Origin: Carpediemonas membranifera BICM
Taxonomy: Eukaryota; Protista; Fornicata
Direction: 5' to 3'
Length of the DNA stretch: 64,000 nt
Assembly (NCBI GenBank): GCA_019828565.1
Contig: JAHDYR010000008.1
Location: forward strand, 186,001 to 250,000
A program made the position numbers and the translations under genes. Below the pieces are notes generated by a model, which was not told the DNA's origin, ran no database searches, and worked only from the letters and a program-made list of their open reading frames with translations. This document shows, piece by piece, positions 63,301 through 64,000 of the stretch; positions within the stretch are counted from its first letter, which is position 1, and every line of letters starts with the position of its first letter.

Positions 63301-63842
63301 AGCTCCACTCCCGCTCGGAGACGTACAACGCCGTGAGTGCCCTCTACGCGGTCGTGCCCGTTGTAACCGTCGTATCGGGCGCCATGCTGAGCGTCCTATG
63401 CTGTGCCACATGCCTTGTCGCCGTTGCGGGCGCAGTTGTTGCTTTCGAGGGCAGCTCGCTGATCTACAACAGGAAACGCACACGACGGGAGCCCAAGCCT
63501 GAACTTCTCGGCAGTCCGTCGGTCACACCCATCGAGACGCTGCCCCCGCTTCCATTGGCCCGTAACACCGTGCAGCAGGTGGGCAGTGTGACCCTCAACG
63601 TCCCCACCAGCGCCAAGACCCCTCTACTGCCGACGATACGCTCGCCGCCAGGCCTCCCTCCCATCTCTGGGACAGTTGACCGCCCGAGACCGGTGCTGCA
63701 CCCCATTGGTACCCCCTCTGGCGGCCTTACCCCCGCCCTTGGTAGGTCTGGCCTGCCACCGATTGTTGGACCTCGACCTGGAGTGAAGGTCATGCCGGGG
63801 GGCCTCTCGCCGCTGAAACTGCCGAGCCCTCCAAAACAGTAA
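48387..63842 (+). CDS. Giant (5151 aa) type-I membrane protein with tandem FG-GAP-like propellers and Cys-rich linkers
   Basis: Signal peptide, recurring FG.S(V/L)A...(L/I).VG(A/S)P...G.V.(V/I)(Y/F) blades, 12 Cys-rich C.AG.Y..C..CP.G linkers, a C-terminal TM region and a Pro-rich tail. Confidence 0.88.
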   Translation: MRASVHPTYTLFSLILVLNLFILSTFAAGTVLIDSDAIVTGDAGSSFGQSLAIHGDMICIGIPDGTPGTTATGFVQCALLPHISSPRTLTHEDDTIIGFGASLAATDACLLVTGTLSNNTDFISAWSWDSPPALLAETVIPEGAAGLMKVSPDQTKILVASSTIETAALFDLAVATDVVTISQQGVDFSFSFLIPSRDKQCTHIAMSNTMVYFASYASTDGYIDAFTIEGEYMRSKQFSGQEIGAIDACATCVVVSADNISANYFYRLTLDLKTTLESSSSATMIAALALTPSCSLFAHTDSSTSTVSLMALGALNTPLTSASYLTLSASTTPGLGGVVAVSDDYVAFAAPSIDKVVTVPLCQDINTALTSPYDASSACLQCESWKERGDYTSCVTTAADLESSVTDTAIPFTTLAVAGNTFVRGFAGYNTDFGAVYVKSVDSFIAGSTTNQAAPSVESTVAGQSFGQAVATNGRYVVVGSSASATPVCVVDAMIDPTSLLLYIPAPAGISNFGYQTLAVHPTELIVAVTGRADASASSTEVFLFKGAELLETLAPDTPTVQFGHSLGFSESRLFIGSPEESTVYTFTLADITTEPTVTASTPITLPSVPNFGLGLCPSNDYIMATGSDGADVFVVSATRAGETWSTTVDSYASITAPVSGFDVLSNMCVIAVDVSVAVYRLDADFSPVSSTPYTPTNALPVSAVGLSPNALFLQTTDGAVESFYTTCGSPTAPYGMYSPSFHTCETCPTNTFADSHQVRCSPVPFGKAVSTWYRASVSDDYTDHYYHTEVAVAHGAAVAARDHVLAVTDGTSFTVADVDGFGMYRRGQVMTQPDSVKSTVFGSDIAVTESGHVIVGSATTAAVAHGMSVYELTHHSAVYVRSFFEYTANCEYGTAIDTHGDYVAVSAPGSACNFIDVYNTADWTKVTISGDDTSVLSMQTTDTGRHMAMDQDYLYVYATSVAGSTEYLFVVGDFGAAPTQADAVTYSADAYAYQIVPDAITDTVMVMATVSGGLTAFIYRKGQAPGEHPLVPVIAQSVATGVVYYFAGELYVTSASGGDFDIISGLLDARTGPPVSTTMLADPSLTSIFFRDSISLITSSTPATPLGLFLPSKSECAAGHEFLAPGLCRPCPDGYYSPGLQTLCTKCPPHYASNTGHTACVPDYQISQLDLDGPALAMASEGDVMVVTSKGYATIAACTSTNSGQVSIYEYDPALPGWTRGDTLTVTLPDASGATYCMGWAISLSDSWLAVTGRASTTTGIVWVYSRSGATMTYNTAFVGSPGGNYGGAVKVAGDYLFVGAVTGGSVSGGQVYIYSYSSSWQSITAIESPTPNSLYRYGYAIDAMVLEDDSLVLAVSQVPSDSTPGKVFIYEALNFASPADEFTNGNPGFGTTVKLLSAGTGLVSDGDAVFYFDPSSTTEVSTELTLSDGYVAAMGTFGDMLVASADSYRVYGHTTGALAVATDHMHPSYDLSDSGRVFPPQDFMSDNQGFGQSPMEVNDGVIFATDALSLTVTSVNPGCGAGEYADTWYSCADCPMYSTGSGLVCTDHSFTSVNANLASVVTSLAIDENTMVGYVSIAASGTATVFNHIPGDWGSGVVLDSFSASGVGSGQLGYNIALDSFWLVVSGGNAASTGTVNVYARDGDTLTLNATLLSGVDPTLVAVDGYTILAATVSTGTTLRILAFSSEVGWEEVFVNSTVSKPASSVAVSGSWAVVGFASDGSVDLTHRDDSGSWASFTTVGLGAGDFGASLALENTTLIVGAPSDGTGAIYEISFDEEVWAIGSRVSPNDPVAAGAFPSSLAIRDGHVAAGWVNCEVDGATPGCILMFDKDQTSVWRQTTRYYTTEAADFPIGFSVALSDYSIATVSDPANDHSTIVVWDADCPGGSYSDTWFSCNEASYATYAPARSLRRYLCPDGSWPDATAASCESVAYTVAVLAPDDTTAADGFGVSVSVFGDVLTVGTEAGVAHAYRVKGLMPDLYFEDIGQFTTSHPSFGSVVALCGAWLAVAAPDADDEAGSVAVFARTGYSFSEPTILQVAATASLGSRLAVYDDLLLASSDAANGTAIAFTFTDGDWSTSVALFEEGADEFGAAIAITASYIFIGAPATDQVFIYDHGLDLVQELEADNAGERFGSVLAASEAASTLLSVGSPMANVSEVTVGTTFLFEHQSTFTLIATLVHGPTLPDVTVPASLAMDQTSVVAGSPMTSIGTHTSAGAMLAFTSEGAGWAESSGAIAPAPRANEGVGHAAAMGSAVLAFAPTPSQQPGKVYIAAAVCNAGYQPSSWRSCEPCPTGSYSEAGWASCLTCPEGSTASAGQTSCTPSFTAASLTGPIDQLGSTVRIHEGTVFAMNGSTGVVPDVHQVNYDGSTSAWVLDPTAIAQAVDSGTTSAYPASFDVSEHWLALGSPALSTVCVFSRSADSFDLLDTLVFDETATSFGTSVAMTDAVLAVGAPDADSGVVAVYAFNGNRWAEQFKFRTTMSAHGDAFGSAVAVAPDSSFIAASDPATNSIVAILAYKCGLTGDVTETQLIEGGTSFGTSLAATETTIVVGTPAATVNGIPGAGTVTVLALDGDVWAISTTLEAHIPAAEAFGFSVAIADDTIVAGAPGYNDGAHVAGRAHLFVLADSGDWEFDQIIAQPASDDARLGSSVAITSLFIALGSPSSSNDEGSLTIVYQPCADTAADYMASWRMGCAACPMGTVGDVTRCQFVHAIQPYQGTTLPGTPNYGHAVAATDSLVAISTHYATGDNIVVISSNIASTAIPHVQYDQLTVASDNDFGKSLMFTDSLLFVGASSSVAVYEYFISNGVFFSHYDDLALTPAESSFGDVMLAWDDNIAIAAPDATGDLIPGAGLVVVYHYDGDSIIKIATIDLAGVSGRGADALGTSLLEHGGTLFIGAPGANTVFAVDESDWSTVTQVITATLPTATVSFGSSMAYDDVNDLLLISDPDADMFGTAQGAVVAFELDADTSEWTQLTWIRPGVADMVAYGSVLHTSQGMAFMGSTTYVGSTGTIGFVEFRSFDDTTRRYDTNAEISYFIAEPGGFQSTGVLQNEYIVSRPSHDIAGVVTRKCDAGYYASSLLECSECPEWTYSPENSRYCEPCPAGSSPNANRDGCDPSMSTSSVIPSASVAGTVHFGTTVAVYDDLLILGSDTAQAVLYMRVPSGYTEIKSFSFGATVTSVAVDEDWLAIATDGDGLYVFSVGLRTFIEHSHLASITNVPLMAMLGGQIVTVSTDTRIYSYRPDQDDWLPNPQVPHAGTTVALHPDFFIVGDGSTVYAAPWPADCPTYLTCVTDLGLGGKDALLLLEDHTIVAVDGASIEFFTMTGPAATPSWTLTQTLTGTDGDYASITSTGEHIIAGIPSLTGGNGGAQVIEKSGLTWALGTLITGSSGSAAGTTIAATDKVVALGAPATSSATTQGGVDLATAYCSAHSASRSWSECEVCDGDNTSTTGALSCELCPAGTYLAADFTCQGDVTVQELTNVNTFGDAVALHGNFLAVTDSTSGDLSIGRFDPYALTWEISNSFASAMTAGGTPSRLVVTDDFIVFGDPSFNGNVGRVGYIPRSGHIFEPSEYIATPGTRALFGHQVALNGTTLFATSGDTLGILMFVKDLADPADTGTEHSLMTWGNNFAVYGSILVATSVNGDVRIYPDFSSDVTDFHGLATVPNSKVTSIALNDEIILIGSPDDTTHLANDVSIGSVYMYANAPAAGYPFLRILTHPDLEMDSTGFGSTVALLSADDIAVGRPGDASDPSTFGQTVWFHRDDVGNWNDGLVSSSPFPKDYFAHSSVSGGGIAYSAAATSTVMLLVHDCPAGYFPDSMVSCAQCAPGSVSAASSFVCHPCPEGMTATADQTDCVPLFAAKRVNIADTGTIQGRIDLYGGQLMLIESVSSSPPSYFEVNLFIFNATTQDWSREASILKDSAFFTGLGRSATITDEHVLVGAFFMTESSGVTGSVAVYDRFSLELIQVILPPTGPKIHFGVRTCVLFDGDFIAVDNRQEESADGTLSRVGAVHIFHLDHGVWVFTETLYGAPPVANDNFGIRMIGHGSTLAVMSRASVSVFTLEDGSFTRVCTTPFSVTQTAQAENSIGLSPDGSALAVPFFSSDHSAFSVFHLNVSTGRFAVVVSKTGLPDTNTVCCAMVDSGTILVGVGDEDSGAGSVTIYHRVTDGFWVDAGALDLPDHAVGDQFGRSVFLGDSGVVIAGLIDAIVLSRYDCPAGEVATSWFECGPVPSGSIAYSHSHTRCLNGSYADDATTCLPCDAGTYQPNKGATDCTPAPAGSFVPADGLPHASPIECPLATNQPGEGESSCVTSYNIQSIVSDSSWDDRFAASVALDGDMLLVGSPSNQTVQIYRDTGAVWNRTGELSVSFTVNHFGQNMVLRESWLAVASPEACSEPYCEVGHVHMYARDSYAFIPHSTLNATGDEPGFGFGSSISLESNVLAVLSPHSTDFSNVGMAVVFTYSHVTDSWDEAPHVGQAESTATPVAVIVTEVSPPRVVFGMGDSGLVFCTFNTALTTTSCDTSATAALLSVAATDLSEGIIVSSNSHYTTGEFDQISNAGWPRVFLNGTSTTLDIEPVEGQEFGRAVAAHGTHVGYTDAFGAVHLLEPVGATEFATFADLYITDTGYTPLDGYGTALAIAPLNIAVGSSMEGHGTLHVVSRSCPAGQYATSWHSCADCAAGSYSATPGHRECVASPLGSIVATDGQATPAPCDGGRLTTETGQTVCQNCPAGFTNDANGEGHSSCLSTFVDSTTPISIFGRSDAIATVSVNSINCLHTDAEDPLRFIPLIHSPAAERGVIDPGDYTVRVGYVDGTAESTTLTIPPDFVTPETTVTVYGTTAQSVMASTICPIYLRFGAMGPVQFDRIELDSTPARCTANVTLTAADINQYFNPTLTEEDGEYCLRLTELVLADTEAFSIIIDDEVQTLVLRDNAICTNRSTAATTAVSTQAYLSADTRTIIALFDGDELHSRSETYNAVSALYAVVPVVTVVSGAMLSVLCCATCLVAVAGAVVAFEGSSLIYNRKRTRREPKPELLGSPSVTPIETLPPLPLARNTVQQVGSVTLNVPTSAKTPLLPTIRSPPGLPPISGTVDRPRPVLHPIGTPSGGLTPALGRSGLPPIVGPRPGVKVMPGGLSPLKLPSPPKQ

Positions 63843-63881
63843 ATTTTATGATGTGTTGATCGAATATAGGACGTTCAAGGA

Positions 63882-64000
63882 CTTCCTCAAGGACCAGCGC
63901 TGCCTGGTGTGCGGGTCCAACGAGCAGCAGCACGTCTACCCGCTGCCGGACGCCGTACTCAGCAGCCCCGTGGAGCTCGGGTTCAAGGTCATCGCGGCGT
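63882..64000 (+). repeat. Near-identical inverted copy of an internal segment of the RCC1-like gene (20629-20747)
   Basis: 118/119 identical to the reverse complement of 20629-20747. Begins 40 bp after the stop codon of the giant gene and runs off the window. Confidence 0.9.

Overview
Gene-dense eukaryotic DNA (standard genetic code, few and mostly ~30-nt spliceosomal introns). The mix of housekeeping genes (importin-alpha, RPL7A, SAR1, ERD2, RMC1, cyclin), a flagellar gene (CCDC113) and bacterial-type ferredoxin, flavodoxin and ADP-ribosylglycohydrolase suggests an anaerobic flagellate. A free-living fornicate such as Carpediemonas is my inference, not a verified assignment. The main finding is two divergent Fanzor1-like (eukaryotic TnpB/Cas12-related RuvC) elements, at 22401-24821 (-) and 39932-41354 (+). 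Neither contains a transposase or terminal inverted repeats. Each is bracketed by its own long exact direct repeat (20 bp and 30 bp). The downstream copy sits where an omegaRNA guide would be, right after a hairpin-rich scaffold. The upstream copy is preceded by TTTA(C/G). Each element therefore appears to encode a guide against its own left flank, and both nuclease ORFs carry a disabling lesion. Also present: an expanded F-box-like/RCC1-like family (3 genes plus a near-identical fragment), WD40 proteins bracketed by an unrecognised ~60-aa domain (one fused to ankyrin and kinase, with an 815-bp near-perfect internal duplication), an FG-GAP receptor kinase, and a 5151-aa surface protein with 12 propeller/Cys-rich modules.
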